Position numbers and translations under genes: made by a program. From the IMG/VR virus record IMGVR_UViG_3300037692_000137, positions 128,001 to 192,000 of that record: a stretch of 64,000 nucleotides of DNA, one strand, 5' to 3'. The DNA comes from a virus (lineage: Duplodnaviria > Caudoviricetes). The notes below the pieces were generated by a model. It saw nothing but the letters and a program-made list of their open reading frames with translations. It was not told where the DNA came from and did no database searches. Positions 49,602-58,261 of this stretch are shown here, one piece after another. How positions within the stretch are numbered: position 1 is the stretch's first letter; each line of letters opens with the position of its first letter.

Positions 49602-49886
49602 TTACTTATTTTTAGTAAGCTCCTCATACTCTTCTTTGTATGAAGCCACGGCTTTATCAATAGATTCTTTGTTGGACTGAATAAACCCCATTAAATCGAA
49701 AGCAAAGTCAGGGATTGTGGTTCCCTTCCACTCATAGTTAATGGAAATGTACTCACCCTCACCTTTCTTGGCTACCGCTGAAGCGTAGTTATAACCATCT
49801 GCACTTTTTGATATACTTGTATGCATAATTTCTTCGGGGTTAATCATAAGTGTCATTGCTTTACCTGTCATTGTTTTGCTTGCCAT
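49602..49886 (-). CDS. Hypothetical protein (94 aa)
   Basis: AAGGAG RBS. Confidence 0.55.
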   Translation of the reverse strand: MASKTMTGKAMTLMINPEEIMHTSISKSADGYNYASAVAKKGEGEYISINYEWKGTTIPDFAFDLMGFIQSNKESIDKAVASYKEEYEELTKNK

Positions 49887-50494
49887 TTTTTTGTCTCCTT
49901 TATGTTTATAACATTTTCTACAAAGTAGTCTAGCTTCTTGTACAAATCATCTGTGCTACCATTGTTAGCAATAACGTAGTGTGTAGGAAGATTGTTATCA
50001 TCTAAAGCTGTCTCAGTTTCGTGCTCTTCACCATTTATGAAGGGCCTATTATTTCTTGTAATACGGATGTGGTAACCACCCCTATCTAGTACAGCCTTAA
50101 CTTCATTAGGTTGTCTTAAGTCTGTAATAATAACATTCCCAGCAACAACGTTACGAAATAGCGCTTTGACCCAGTAATCATTATCAAAGGAACGCATAAA
50201 TTGACCATATGCCTGCATCATTTCTCTTGGAGTCCAAAACCCTCCAGTTTGTTTAGGATAACGCTCGTCTTGAATTTCCTTTAAATCACCATATACCTGT
50301 GTGTAGCTTAAATTAAACTTTTCTATTAAATCTTGTTTCAATGTGTTGGCATACGCTGTTATATAAGTGTTGTAATATACAGCGCCTATTTTGTTATACA
50401 GATAAGTACCAGCGGTATCTTTACCCACCCGCGCCTTTCCTGAAATACCTATTAAAATACTTTCTTTGTCCTTTACCGTCTCCATGTAAATCAC
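49868..50494 (-). CDS. Deoxynucleoside monophosphate kinase (208 aa)
   Basis: IGISGKARVGKDT P-loop, TPREMMQAYG, W, VIITDLR..NE, HETE. Confidence 0.88.
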   Translation of the reverse strand: MIYMETVKDKESILIGISGKARVGKDTAGTYLYNKIGAVYYNTYITAYANTLKQDLIEKFNLSYTQVYGDLKEIQDERYPKQTGGFWTPREMMQAYGQFMRSFDNDYWVKALFRNVVAGNVIITDLRQPNEVKAVLDRGGYHIRITRNNRPFINGEEHETETALDDNNLPTHYVIANNGSTDDLYKKLDYFVENVINIKETKKWQAKQ

Positions 50495-50507
50495 CTTATA
50501 TGTATTG

Positions 50508-50786
50508 CTATATTGTTAGGTAGAATGCATTACCTTGTCTAGATACCTTACCCCATCGACTGTTGTCTTGTTGCACTGGAGTATCATAATGATATCTAGG
50601 TTTTATTACTTTGTTATTATAGCATATACATTTGCTACTGTCAACCATATTCTTTTCAATTACTGTAGTATCTACAGTACAGTTAACTATAACTGGCATA
50701 TCATTGATAAGTAATAATATTGTTTTATACCTAATACCTAAACATATAGCATATATTCTTTTTAAAACGCCGGATGCTAAAGTCAT
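50508..50786 (-). CDS. Hypothetical protein (92 aa)
   Basis: Packed ORF on the coding strand; start uncertain. Confidence 0.35.
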   Translation of the reverse strand: MTLASGVLKRIYAICLGIRYKTILLLINDMPVIVNCTVDTTVIEKNMVDSSKCICYNNKVIKPRYHYDTPVQQDNSRWGKVSRQGNAFYLTI

Positions 50787-51046
50787 ATTTTAAATCCTTT
50801 TAGTTTTTTAATGCTTTTCTTTAACTCGTTACTTTCTTTTTTTATACTAGTAAGTAGTTTACTGGCTGTATTAGTTAACTGCTTGTCTATAGCAGGTAAA
50901 TCTTGTCTGTCTATTTCAATTAATTTAACTATGTGTTCTCGACACATGTCACTATCAACACAGTGCTTATCTTTACACAAACACTTTATATTCAAACCTT
51001 CAAATTGTACCCAATACTTATCAAGCAAGTTCGGTGCTCCAATCAC
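50783..51046 (-). CDS. Hypothetical protein with Cys cluster (87 aa)
   Basis: CLCKDKHC...C; overlaps neighbours. Confidence 0.5.
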   Translation of the reverse strand: MIGAPNLLDKYWVQFEGLNIKCLCKDKHCVDSDMCREHIVKLIEIDRQDLPAIDKQLTNTASKLLTSIKKESNELKKSIKKLKGFKI

Positions 51047-51449
51047 TGGCTTTTATATGCCGTATTAATTTTAAGTAGTCCTCTAATAAAACATTCCTAT
51101 CCTTCATAGTAGTTAAAACATCTATATGAGAGGCGTCACTATTTATTAAAGTGGTATACAAGTTTAGCCTACTTTCTAACGTAGCAGCTATTTCCAAAGC
51201 ATCTGTAATACTAATTTTATTATCTCCTATAACTACGGTGTTAGCGGTATTACATTTTTTTAATACAACCTTTTGACTTTGTATCTGATCGTACAAACTA
51301 AATAATTTACTAATACAATCTTTATATACTCTAGATAAACTATCTGTATCCCCAGTCATATTTTGTAGCTTATTGATGTAGGATTCTAGCTCTCTAATTT
51401 CATCTTGTGTTTGTAATTTACGTAAAACTAATTCAGCTACTAACATCAT
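51021..51449 (-). CDS. Coiled-coil hypothetical protein (142 aa)
   Basis: GAGG RBS; helical. Confidence 0.55.
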   Translation of the reverse strand: MMLVAELVLRKLQTQDEIRELESYINKLQNMTGDTDSLSRVYKDCISKLFSLYDQIQSQKVVLKKCNTANTVVIGDNKISITDALEIAATLESRLNLYTTLINSDASHIDVLTTMKDRNVLLEDYLKLIRHIKASDWSTELA

Positions 51450-51458
51450 AATACCTCA

Positions 51459-52142
51459 TTATAAGTAAGTACCACAACTACCACAATACTTTATGTAAGA
51501 CTTCCAACGTTTACCACAGGATGAACACTGTTTTTTAGTTTTAGTCATTATAGGTTTTTTAACTTCACGTTTAAAGTCATCATATCCTTGTAGTTTAAGT
51601 GTAATAACATATGACTGTGTCTCTAAAACACCTGTATGGGTTGTTATAAAATCTTGTTTTGTTGGGGTTCCTTTTACAGTTATACCAGACGAACTATATG
51701 TATTAGAAGCACCAGCTACATCTGACCTATAGCCTATCACGTCATAACTTGATTTAAAGCCCGACAACTCTTTAATAACATCTCTAAAAGGTATCGATGG
51801 TTTTTCAAAAGTGTACTCTACTCTAACTATACCATCATCTAGCCTGTCTCCTCTAAAATCTGATATAGCCTTGGTCTTCTGTATAAATCTAAACTTATTA
51901 TTTACCCTTAAATTGTCTAAGGCACCTTTTAATTCTACTATATCATTAGCCGGAACAACTAGCTGGTTATCATTTAGTACAGATAGACCATCAATGTCCA
52001 CAGACACTACCGCTCTACGTGAATCGTAGTTTTTTAATACAATGGTGTAGTCTGAACCAAAAGGAACAGTAACTACACCATCTACTTCTCTAAGTACTTT
52101 ACCATTGTGTTTTAATATAACTAAAAAATTGTTTTTATACAT
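51459..52142 (-). CDS. Hypothetical protein with C-terminal Zn ribbon (227 aa)
   Basis: VPFGSDY.I.LKN...RAVV.V.IDG beta domain; CSSCG...YCGSCG. Confidence 0.65.
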   Translation of the reverse strand: MYKNNFLVILKHNGKVLREVDGVVTVPFGSDYTIVLKNYDSRRAVVSVDIDGLSVLNDNQLVVPANDIVELKGALDNLRVNNKFRFIQKTKAISDFRGDRLDDGIVRVEYTFEKPSIPFRDVIKELSGFKSSYDVIGYRSDVAGASNTYSSSGITVKGTPTKQDFITTHTGVLETQSYVITLKLQGYDDFKREVKKPIMTKTKKQCSSCGKRWKSYIKYCGSCGTYL

Positions 52143-52203
52143 AATGTTCTCCTTTAAAGACCTCCAACAATGGTCTTGGTTTATGCTGGATGGATAATTG
52201 TTA

Positions 52204-52683
52204 TTATAAAATCTTTACTTCTGTTGCCTGAATACCCTTCTCTGTGTTCTTTAAAATAAAACTTACTGGTTGGCCTGCTTTAAGTGTTTTATAGCCATCC
52301 ATATCAATACTTGTAAAGTGGATAAAATACTCTGCATCGGGGTTACCATCAATTAGTACAAAACCATATCCCATATATATTCGAGTAAGATCGTTAAACT
52401 TACCCCGTCTATAATTTCTAGACAGCTGCATGTTTCCATACAGATTAGACTATATCACCAACCAATCTGGTTGCTACGCGCTTCCACTCACTTGAGTGTA
52501 CTTCCTTTCGGAATAGTCGTTGCAGGTTCCTCATTAATAGAGGCTTCCCTCAGGATTGTCCTCGACTTGACGTTAGGATATTCCCTGAATTCACGTAGTT
52601 TTTCAAATCACATTACTGTAAAAAGCCGCCTATGGACGGTCGTTAGAAAACCATTTTACAACACCATTAATTCTTTCTTCCAT
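52204..52683 (-). CDS. csp: Cold-shock domain protein, spliced (exon 1 52636-52683, exon 2 52204-52371; 71 aa)
   Basis: Joined exons give MEERINGVVKWFSNDR|GYGFVLIDGNPDAEYFIHFTSI...YKTLKAGQPVSF, with intact RNP1 and RNP2; AAGGAG RBS before exon 1. Confidence 0.92.
52372..52635 (-). ncRNA. Group I self-splicing intron (subgroup IA-like, 264 nt, no endonuclease ORF)
   Basis: 5' exon ends in U, intron ends in G; P1 CCGU/C-GGCGG with U.G at the splice site; P3 CUACGU/GCGUAG; P4 UCAGG/CCUGA; P7 GACUA/UAGUC; P7.1 UUCC-GAAA-GGAA; P7.2 CACUC-AAGU-GAGUG; P9 with GAAA loop. Confidence 0.92.
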
Positions 52684-52741
52684 AACTCAAACTCCTTTAG
52701 TTTTTTATTTATATTATGATGATTGTAAGTCACCACGTAGT

Positions 52742-53185
52742 TTAACTTAGAAACAATGCTTTCTCTGATTCTCTCCTATTTACTAAACCTTGAGATACTT
52801 TACCGTTAGCTTTTCGCCACTGCCAAAAATTATTAGCCACACCAGTATAGTCTCCAACATTAAGCCTTCTCAGTACGGTTGATTTAGCAAAGTTAGCTAA
52901 ACCTATGTTGTAAGCCAGGCTGGTTAAAGCGTTAAACTGATTCTGTGTAACTTTAATTTTTACCAGCTCATTTACACTTTCAGAAAAGTCTCCGGCAGTG
53001 AACGTGAGTAATTCAGTAGCGCGTTCTTTTGTTATAGGAGGGTCACTTAGGCGTACCTTTGTGCCGTCCTCATAATAAGTAGAACCAAAACCTATTGTAG
53101 GTATACCCGATGGGCATAAGTAAGGCTTAGAACTAAAACCCTCAAACCTCTTTATTAAGTCTACTCCAGCTATATCTATTTTCAT
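52742..53185 (-). CDS. Endolysin, GH24 lysozyme (147 aa)
   Basis: IKRFEG..KPYLCPSGIPTIGFG, QNQFNALTSLAYNIG, GLVNRRESE. Confidence 0.92.
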   Translation of the reverse strand: MKIDIAGVDLIKRFEGFSSKPYLCPSGIPTIGFGSTYYEDGTKVRLSDPPITKERATELLTFTAGDFSESVNELVKIKVTQNQFNALTSLAYNIGLANFAKSTVLRRLNVGDYTGVANNFWQWRKANGKVSQGLVNRRESEKALFLS

Positions 53186-53231
53186 TAATGTAACCTCCCT
53201 TGTACTATTTATTATAGAGGGTAGTTAATTA

Positions 53232-54221
53232 TTATAGCTGTGCAGCCATTAAACACCCGGCAGCGACACAGGTCATAGGTGAGGTGGCTCTTCTAATTTC
53301 GCTAATAGCCATAGGAAGTACTATACCAGACAAACGGTCTTCAAACATTTTAGTAAAGCCGTCAGCCAACGTCAGTCCGCCAGAAACAATGATTGGTACA
53401 GGCTCTCTAAAGATAGGTAGTTTCTTTTCTTGCTTTTTTAACTCATATGAAATATTTTGAAGCACGTAATTAATTACTGAAGAATAGTAAACTGATATAG
53501 CCTCAGAAATTTTATCTTTGGGGTTGTACAAATCTATACCTGCTTCTTTTTCTAACTGAACTAATGATGGTGACATATCTAAAGCAGTGCCAACTGAATG
53601 GTCAATAAAATCTCCTGATCTTGTTACAGAAAATTCTACTAAGGGGTCACCTTGATGAATTACAGCTATGTTGCACATACCAGCGCCAAAAGACAGTGTA
53701 ATACCAGTTAAAGAGTCGTCTAACAACTCACTTAAAGCTATAGCAAAGGCTTCATTTATTGGCTGCCCTATAAAACCTTTTTCACGCATGAACATGTTTA
53801 GTATCTCTGTGTGGTAAACGATATCAAAATTACCGTCTACTGGTTTTGCTGGGACACTGTATACTAAAGGCTCGTCGCCGGAGCCTTTACCAATTAAGCT
53901 ACTTAGCAACAATTTAAGCATTGGAAGGCTGCTTTTTTCTTTAGGGGATATTACCCCCTTAGACATAGGGCGGCTAGATACATCATTACGTTCCATTGCT
54001 ATATGTAGAGCATCTTCTCCTACTACAATGAAGTCATTACCTTCTTCTATAAAGTTGGAGCCTCTTTTTTCTAGTGACTTTTTGATGGCTTGTTTATTAA
54101 CGTCACTCTTTGGAACTATTCTATAAAAAGCATCACGCTCCATCTTAAATACGGGATTACCCTCTTTATCTATAGAACCACACACCAACATATTAGTACC
54201 AACATCAACACCTTTTGACAT
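53232..54221 (-). CDS. Actin-like ATPase (MamK/MreB-like) (329 aa)
   Basis: Phosphate-1 GVDVGT, VVGEDA, RPMSKGV, SVPA, connect-1 INEAFA, phosphate-2 SFGAG, SGDFID, adenosine VSGG, connect-2 VAAGCL. Confidence 0.82.
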   Translation of the reverse strand: MSKGVDVGTNMLVCGSIDKEGNPVFKMERDAFYRIVPKSDVNKQAIKKSLEKRGSNFIEEGNDFIVVGEDALHIAMERNDVSSRPMSKGVISPKEKSSLPMLKLLLSSLIGKGSGDEPLVYSVPAKPVDGNFDIVYHTEILNMFMREKGFIGQPINEAFAIALSELLDDSLTGITLSFGAGMCNIAVIHQGDPLVEFSVTRSGDFIDHSVGTALDMSPSLVQLEKEAGIDLYNPKDKISEAISVYYSSVINYVLQNISYELKKQEKKLPIFREPVPIIVSGGLTLADGFTKMFEDRLSGIVLPMAISEIRRATSPMTCVAAGCLMAAQL

Positions 54222-54239
54222 AAATTAATCCTCCTAGTA

Positions 54240-55205
54240 TTATTCCGGTAGAGAACCTAGTAAGTCCTTAAGTTTAGCTACCTTACTAGACATTTTTTCT
54301 TGTTCTGCTATTTTAACATCTTTAAAATTTAAATGAGGAGCCATACTTTTTTTAGTATCGCTTGGATCTATAAATACCTGCTCCATTTTAGGGCGGGCAC
54401 TCTCAGGTATAGCTGTTTTTGTAGTTTGTGAGTCAGTAATTTGTATATTAACTGGTGTACTTTTTAGGGTACTTATTGTATCATCTTTAATTTTGATAAT
54501 TTCATCTTTGGATTCTAGTTTGGAGTTGGATACAGCTAAGTCAGTTTTTAATTGTGCTAATTCAACTTTTAAGACGTCTATATCAGCTACCAATTTACTA
54601 CTATCACCAGAATTACTGGCAGTATTGTTTTTTAAAGATGTTAGTTGGGACTTAGTTACTTCCAGGGTTGATCTAAGCTTATCAGCCTCAAGCGCCTTAG
54701 GTTCATACAAATTAACTTGTTTTTTAAGTTCTATTACTTTATCCTCTGCTAAGTGTAGTTCTCTAGTTAACTTAGCTACACTTTCTTGTAATAGAAACAA
54801 TTGGGCTTGATTCTCACTTTTAGCTTCCTCAACGGCTTTATTAACAATAAGGTTAATATCCGACTCTTTAATACCGGGTTTGATGCCAGTATCCAGCTGT
54901 CTTCGTAGTTTAAGTATTTCTTCTTGTTGTTCCTTAATACGAGCACTATATTTATTTTCCATCTCTGATGAAACCTGTAATATAACCTTGTTTAACTCAT
55001 CATCAAAGTCCTCTGCCGTGTATTTTGCAACCGGCGGTCCAGCTACGGATATTTGCTTTGTTAATAGGTTTATTTGTTCTTTAAGTTCATTTACAGCATA
55101 AGAGTTTTGTACTTCTTTTTGTTTACGCTGTAAATCACGTGGCCCAGAGCCACTTTTAAAGGCCCTGGACTTATCACGTGTATCTCTTTCTTTATTGTAT
55201 TCCAT
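54240..55205 (-). CDS. Long coiled-coil protein (321 aa)
   Basis: Extended heptad repeats; conserved-looking C-terminus RPKMEQVFIDP...SKVAKLKDLLG; directly upstream of the actin-like gene. Confidence 0.7.
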   Translation of the reverse strand: MEYNKERDTRDKSRAFKSGSGPRDLQRKQKEVQNSYAVNELKEQINLLTKQISVAGPPVAKYTAEDFDDELNKVILQVSSEMENKYSARIKEQQEEILKLRRQLDTGIKPGIKESDINLIVNKAVEEAKSENQAQLFLLQESVAKLTRELHLAEDKVIELKKQVNLYEPKALEADKLRSTLEVTKSQLTSLKNNTASNSGDSSKLVADIDVLKVELAQLKTDLAVSNSKLESKDEIIKIKDDTISTLKSTPVNIQITDSQTTKTAIPESARPKMEQVFIDPSDTKKSMAPHLNFKDVKIAEQEKMSSKVAKLKDLLGSLPE

Positions 55206-55210
55206 TATAG

Positions 55211-55798
55211 TTATTTTCTTTTGTACTCTACTTGATCAATTAAACCGTAGATTTTAGCTTCTTCTGAGGACATGAAGTAGTCACGATGCATATCTACTTT
55301 AACCTTTCCAACATCCTGTCCAGTCATTACAGAATATTGAGAAGCCATCTTATCGTACAACTTCTTGGTGTGTTCCATGGTTTGGAATATATCCCCAGCT
55401 TTGCCTTGAACACCGGTGGATAACTCATGTATCATAATCTCACAATTTGGTAAGGCATAACGCTTGCCCTTAGTACCGGCGGTTAAAATAAATGACCCCG
55501 CACTGGCTACCTGACCGTAGCCGATGGTTACTATATCAGGTTTAATGTAGTTCATGGTGTCGTAGATGGCATACATAGCTGTAATCTGCCCACCTGGGCT
55601 GTTGATATACATGTAAATGTCCGCCCCAGAATCGTCAGTTTCTAAAAATAGAAGTTGTGCTACAACCAAATCAGCCATGTCTTGGTTAAACTCACCAGAG
55701 ATAAAGATGATTCTATCTTTTAGCATTCTTGAGAATGGGTCGTAAGCTCTTTCGGATTCTTCTCGGCTTGATTTTTCAAAAATGTAGGGTGTTCTCAT
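55211..55798 (-). CDS. clpP: ATP-dependent Clp protease proteolytic subunit (195 aa)
   Basis: SRMLKDRIIF, YINSPGG, ASAG (Ser), MIHE (His), RDYFMS (Asp), YGLID. Confidence 0.95.
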   Translation of the reverse strand: MRTPYIFEKSSREESERAYDPFSRMLKDRIIFISGEFNQDMADLVVAQLLFLETDDSGADIYMYINSPGGQITAMYAIYDTMNYIKPDIVTIGYGQVASAGSFILTAGTKGKRYALPNCEIMIHELSTGVQGKAGDIFQTMEHTKKLYDKMASQYSVMTGQDVGKVKVDMHRDYFMSSEEAKIYGLIDQVEYKRK

Positions 55799-55855
55799 AG
55801 TTAGGTAATTCTCCTTAGTTCTAGTTAAAATCTTAAATAACCTTATGTTCTGTAT

Positions 55856-55884
55856 ACTTTAACAATAAAAAAGACGTTTGTCAA
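55856..55884 (-). promoter_or_regulatory. Sigma70-like promoter of the clpP-coiled-coil-actin operon
   Basis: TTGACA-17 nt-TAAAGT with TG extended -10. Confidence 0.7.
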
Positions 55885-56182
55885 GTTTTTTATCATTATC
55901 AAAGCTGCGGGTAAAGCCCCCAGAATATTTTATATGTGAATGCTGCCTAGGTTGTTTGCTACAATGCCTCAGCAATGTGGTTTAAATTGACCACACGCTG
56001 ATTTTGTATAACTAACCGAACTACCACTCACCCTAAACATAAAACAAGCTCTACGGAGTTTGTATTGATTTATATCATTTGCAAATGGTGTATTAAAAAT
56101 CAGTTAGCTTGTTTTTCGGCTTTATATTTTTTGTAAAAAAAATTAAAAGCCTATATTTTTATTATTAAACTATATTTAAATA

Positions 56183-56264
56183 CTAGTATACCGTTATTCT
56201 AGTATACTTGTTATTCTGGGAGGGCGTTCATGCCTGGTGGCCAACAGGCGTTCATGCCTGGTGG
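56183..56264. repeat. Two pairs of direct repeats beside an AT-rich tract (possible replication origin)
   Basis: GGCGTTCATGCCTGGTGG x2 (56223-56240, 56247-56264); CTAGTATAC..GTTATTCT x2 (56183-56217); AT-rich run ~56120-56180. Confidence 0.6.
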
Positions 56265-56280
56265 TACCCCTATTTAATCC

Positions 56281-56736
56281 CTACTTAATCTGCTGTTTTT
56301 CCGCACGTTCAGCTAAAGCTAACTTCATAAAGTGTGCTTCGAAAAACAAATTTTCTTTTACCTTACCCAGAGAATCAAACTCCCAAGTGCCCAGGATATA
56401 TATATTGTATGTCTTGTTATAACGTACTACTTTTTCTACCTTGATAAATCCCTGTTCTTTTAGCTTTTTTATTTGTCTGTGTATAGATGTGACATTACAA
56501 CCAGCTATCTCGGCCAGCGCTTCCTGCGACCAACTGGTCGCTAGAACATTCTTTTTATAGTGTGTGTGATATAAATCAAACTCACCTTTGTGCGCACTAA
56601 ATCCTCTAATAATATTGGCTTTAAGAAATCTAAGTAATGCACTTTCAGGTGTTATATTAAATCTGAAGAAGGATGTACTTTTTTCTATTAATAAATGGGT
56701 AGTAACGTGTAAATTGTATAAATGCTTTTGGCTCAT
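56281..56736 (-). CDS. Winged HTH protein, replication-initiator-like (likely start ATG 56736)
   Basis: WSQEALAEIAGCNVTSIHRQIKKLKEQGFI HTH; AAAGG RBS before MSQK; ORF track extends it to 56778. Confidence 0.65.
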   Translation of the reverse strand: MSQKHLYNLHVTTHLLIEKSTSFFRFNITPESALLRFLKANIIRGFSAHKGEFDLYHTHYKKNVLATSWSQEALAEIAGCNVTSIHRQIKKLKEQGFIKVEKVVRYNKTYNIYILGTWEFDSLGKVKENLFFEAHFMKLALAERAEKQQIK

Positions 56737-56752
56737 AGTAATACCTTTTCTT

Positions 56753-57064
56753 TTAAACAAACCACGGGTTAGTGTCATCTAACACGTGCTCATAATACTC
56801 AAATATACTCTCATCAGATACAAGGGCTATGGCGCTGTTATATAGATCCATAGCCTCATCATGTTTTCCTTCATCAAATAGTGCAACTATGGCTTGAACT
56901 TCTTCAAACTTTTCATGTAGTAAAGCTACGCCAGACATACGTAGTATATTACATTCAGAATTCTCCTGTTTACTGTAATTACATAAATCCCAGCCGTTCT
57001 GAGCAAGGTAGTCTATCAACTTAGTTAAGTATACTTTTTTGTCTTTTAATTTCATTTTGACCAT
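56753..57064 (-). CDS. Hypothetical protein (103 aa)
   Basis: GAGG RBS. Confidence 0.5.
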   Translation of the reverse strand: MVKMKLKDKKVYLTKLIDYLAQNGWDLCNYSKQENSECNILRMSGVALLHEKFEEVQAIVALFDEGKHDEAMDLYNSAIALVSDESIFEYYEHVLDDTNPWFV

Positions 57065-57131
57065 TTATATTTACCTCTTAAAATAAAGTATTAGTAGTTA
57101 AGTACAATACTACTACTAATACATATATTTG

Positions 57132-57383
57132 TCAATAAATATATTGACGAGGTATAAGTTCTGGTAGTTTTTTAGTAAACTTATTACACTCTAAAACATC
57201 ATAACCTAAGTCCATACCTAAGATTAAACATGTCACGTGAGCAACAGGCTCTCCGCCATTTTCATCAAAGTCATCAGGGTCTAACCCTAACATCTCCGCT
57301 GATTCAGGGGAATTGGGCATTATAACACGTTCCATGTAGTGGTAGCAATTAGGGCACAGAAATGTTACGTCTTCCGTTTCCAT
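57132..57383 (-). CDS. Cys-containing hypothetical protein (83 aa)
   Basis: CPNC...C...C; AAGGAG RBS. Confidence 0.55.
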   Translation of the reverse strand: METEDVTFLCPNCYHYMERVIMPNSPESAEMLGLDPDDFDENGGEPVAHVTCLILGMDLGYDVLECNKFTKKLPELIPRQYIY

Positions 57384-57404
57384 AGCACACTCCTTAATAT
57401 TTAA

Positions 57405-57617
57405 CTACATATGTCGCTGTTTGTAGGCTCTATCTATTACTTCCTCTTTTTTACCCTCTACTATTTTACCTAAAGACTTTAATCTTTTAATTTTACAATT
57501 TATACTATCTGCCTGTCTACCAGGGATTAATTCCTCTAGTTCTTTTATAGTCATACTATCATAGTTTTCTATCAATAAACGCTCTTCTGTGTATGACCAC
57601 CCACGTCTTCTTGCCAT
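57405..57617 (-). CDS. Myb/SANT-like HTH protein (70 aa)
   Basis: WSYTEERLL...L.GR...I..K...L; likely start MARRRG at 57617. Confidence 0.6.
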   Translation of the reverse strand: MARRRGWSYTEERLLIENYDSMTIKELEELIPGRQADSINCKIKRLKSLGKIVEGKKEEVIDRAYKQRHM

Positions 57618-57618
57618 A

Positions 57619-57795
57619 TTAAAACCCCTTGTCCTCAAAAAATTCTTCCATAGTATTAACAACTTTGGTGTTATTAACTAGCTCTTTCATAATAGCCAGT
57701 ACTTCCTTGTTTTTACTTCTTTCTAAAGCAGTGTCAATACTCTCTAACAATTCGTGCTTCTTTTCCTCCCATAAATAATCTGTTAAACTTTTCAT
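57619..57795 (-). CDS. Hypothetical protein (58 aa, not in ORF track)
   Basis: MKSLTDYLWEEKKHELL...FEDKGF; AAGGTGAGG RBS; abuts next gene. Confidence 0.55.
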   Translation of the reverse strand: MKSLTDYLWEEKKHELLESIDTALERSKNKEVLAIMKELVNNTKVVNTMEEFFEDKGF

Positions 57796-57808
57796 AGCCT
57801 CACCTTAT

Positions 57809-58249
57809 CTAAGTTTGTAGTTTTAAGACGCTCTCTATTTCTCTATCTTCCCAGCCTATGTACACTTCTTCTTGAGCATCCGTAAGAGCTAAAAAATAAA
57901 TATTATTTAGTACTGTTTGTACAACTTCATACATCAAAGTACTATTAACCATAGAATATCTATGTAGAAAACCTTCAGAGCTATTTAAAGAACTATCTAT
58001 GTTGGAGAACACCTCCCCTGTTAGAAACTCTTCACGTTCTATAATAAAGGTTAGATAATTATCATGATTAGGAGCCTCTACATATAGCTGAACACCTTTC
58101 AATTGTGGTATACCCTCAACAATAAATAAGCCCTTTGTTACAGGCATCCATAAACCGTTCTTCCGCAGGTAACTTATAGCTGAAGGACCCAAACCTTTAA
58201 ATAAGTTGTCATTATCTAATGTATGTATTACTTTTAATAAGTCAAGCAT
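57809..58249 (-). CDS. Hypothetical protein (146 aa)
   Basis: Packed ORF on the coding strand. Confidence 0.5.
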   Translation of the reverse strand: MLDLLKVIHTLDNDNLFKGLGPSAISYLRKNGLWMPVTKGLFIVEGIPQLKGVQLYVEAPNHDNYLTFIIEREEFLTGEVFSNIDSSLNSSEGFLHRYSMVNSTLMYEVVQTVLNNIYFLALTDAQEEVYIGWEDREIESVLKLQT

Positions 58250-58261
58250 AAAAAACCTTAT

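Noticed and set aside
52204-52431. 75-aa ORF starting MQLSRNYRR
   Set aside because: Its first 20 codons lie in the intron P9 region; the true N-terminus is exon 1 at 52636-52683.
52471-52719. Plus-strand 82-aa ORF as a possible intron endonuclease
   Set aside because: Antisense to the intron core, no nuclease motif.
55890-56120. tRNA or other known ncRNA in the large gap
   Set aside because: No cloverleaf, T-loop in context or CCA end found by eye on either strand.
56223-56264. CRISPR mini-array
   Set aside because: Only two 18-bp copies with a 6-nt spacer; no cas genes.
56195-56283. Stop-codon reassignment or TAG readthrough of the HTH gene
   Set aside because: Readthrough adds only 28 codons before TAA; TAA, TAG and TGA all end well-formed genes elsewhere.
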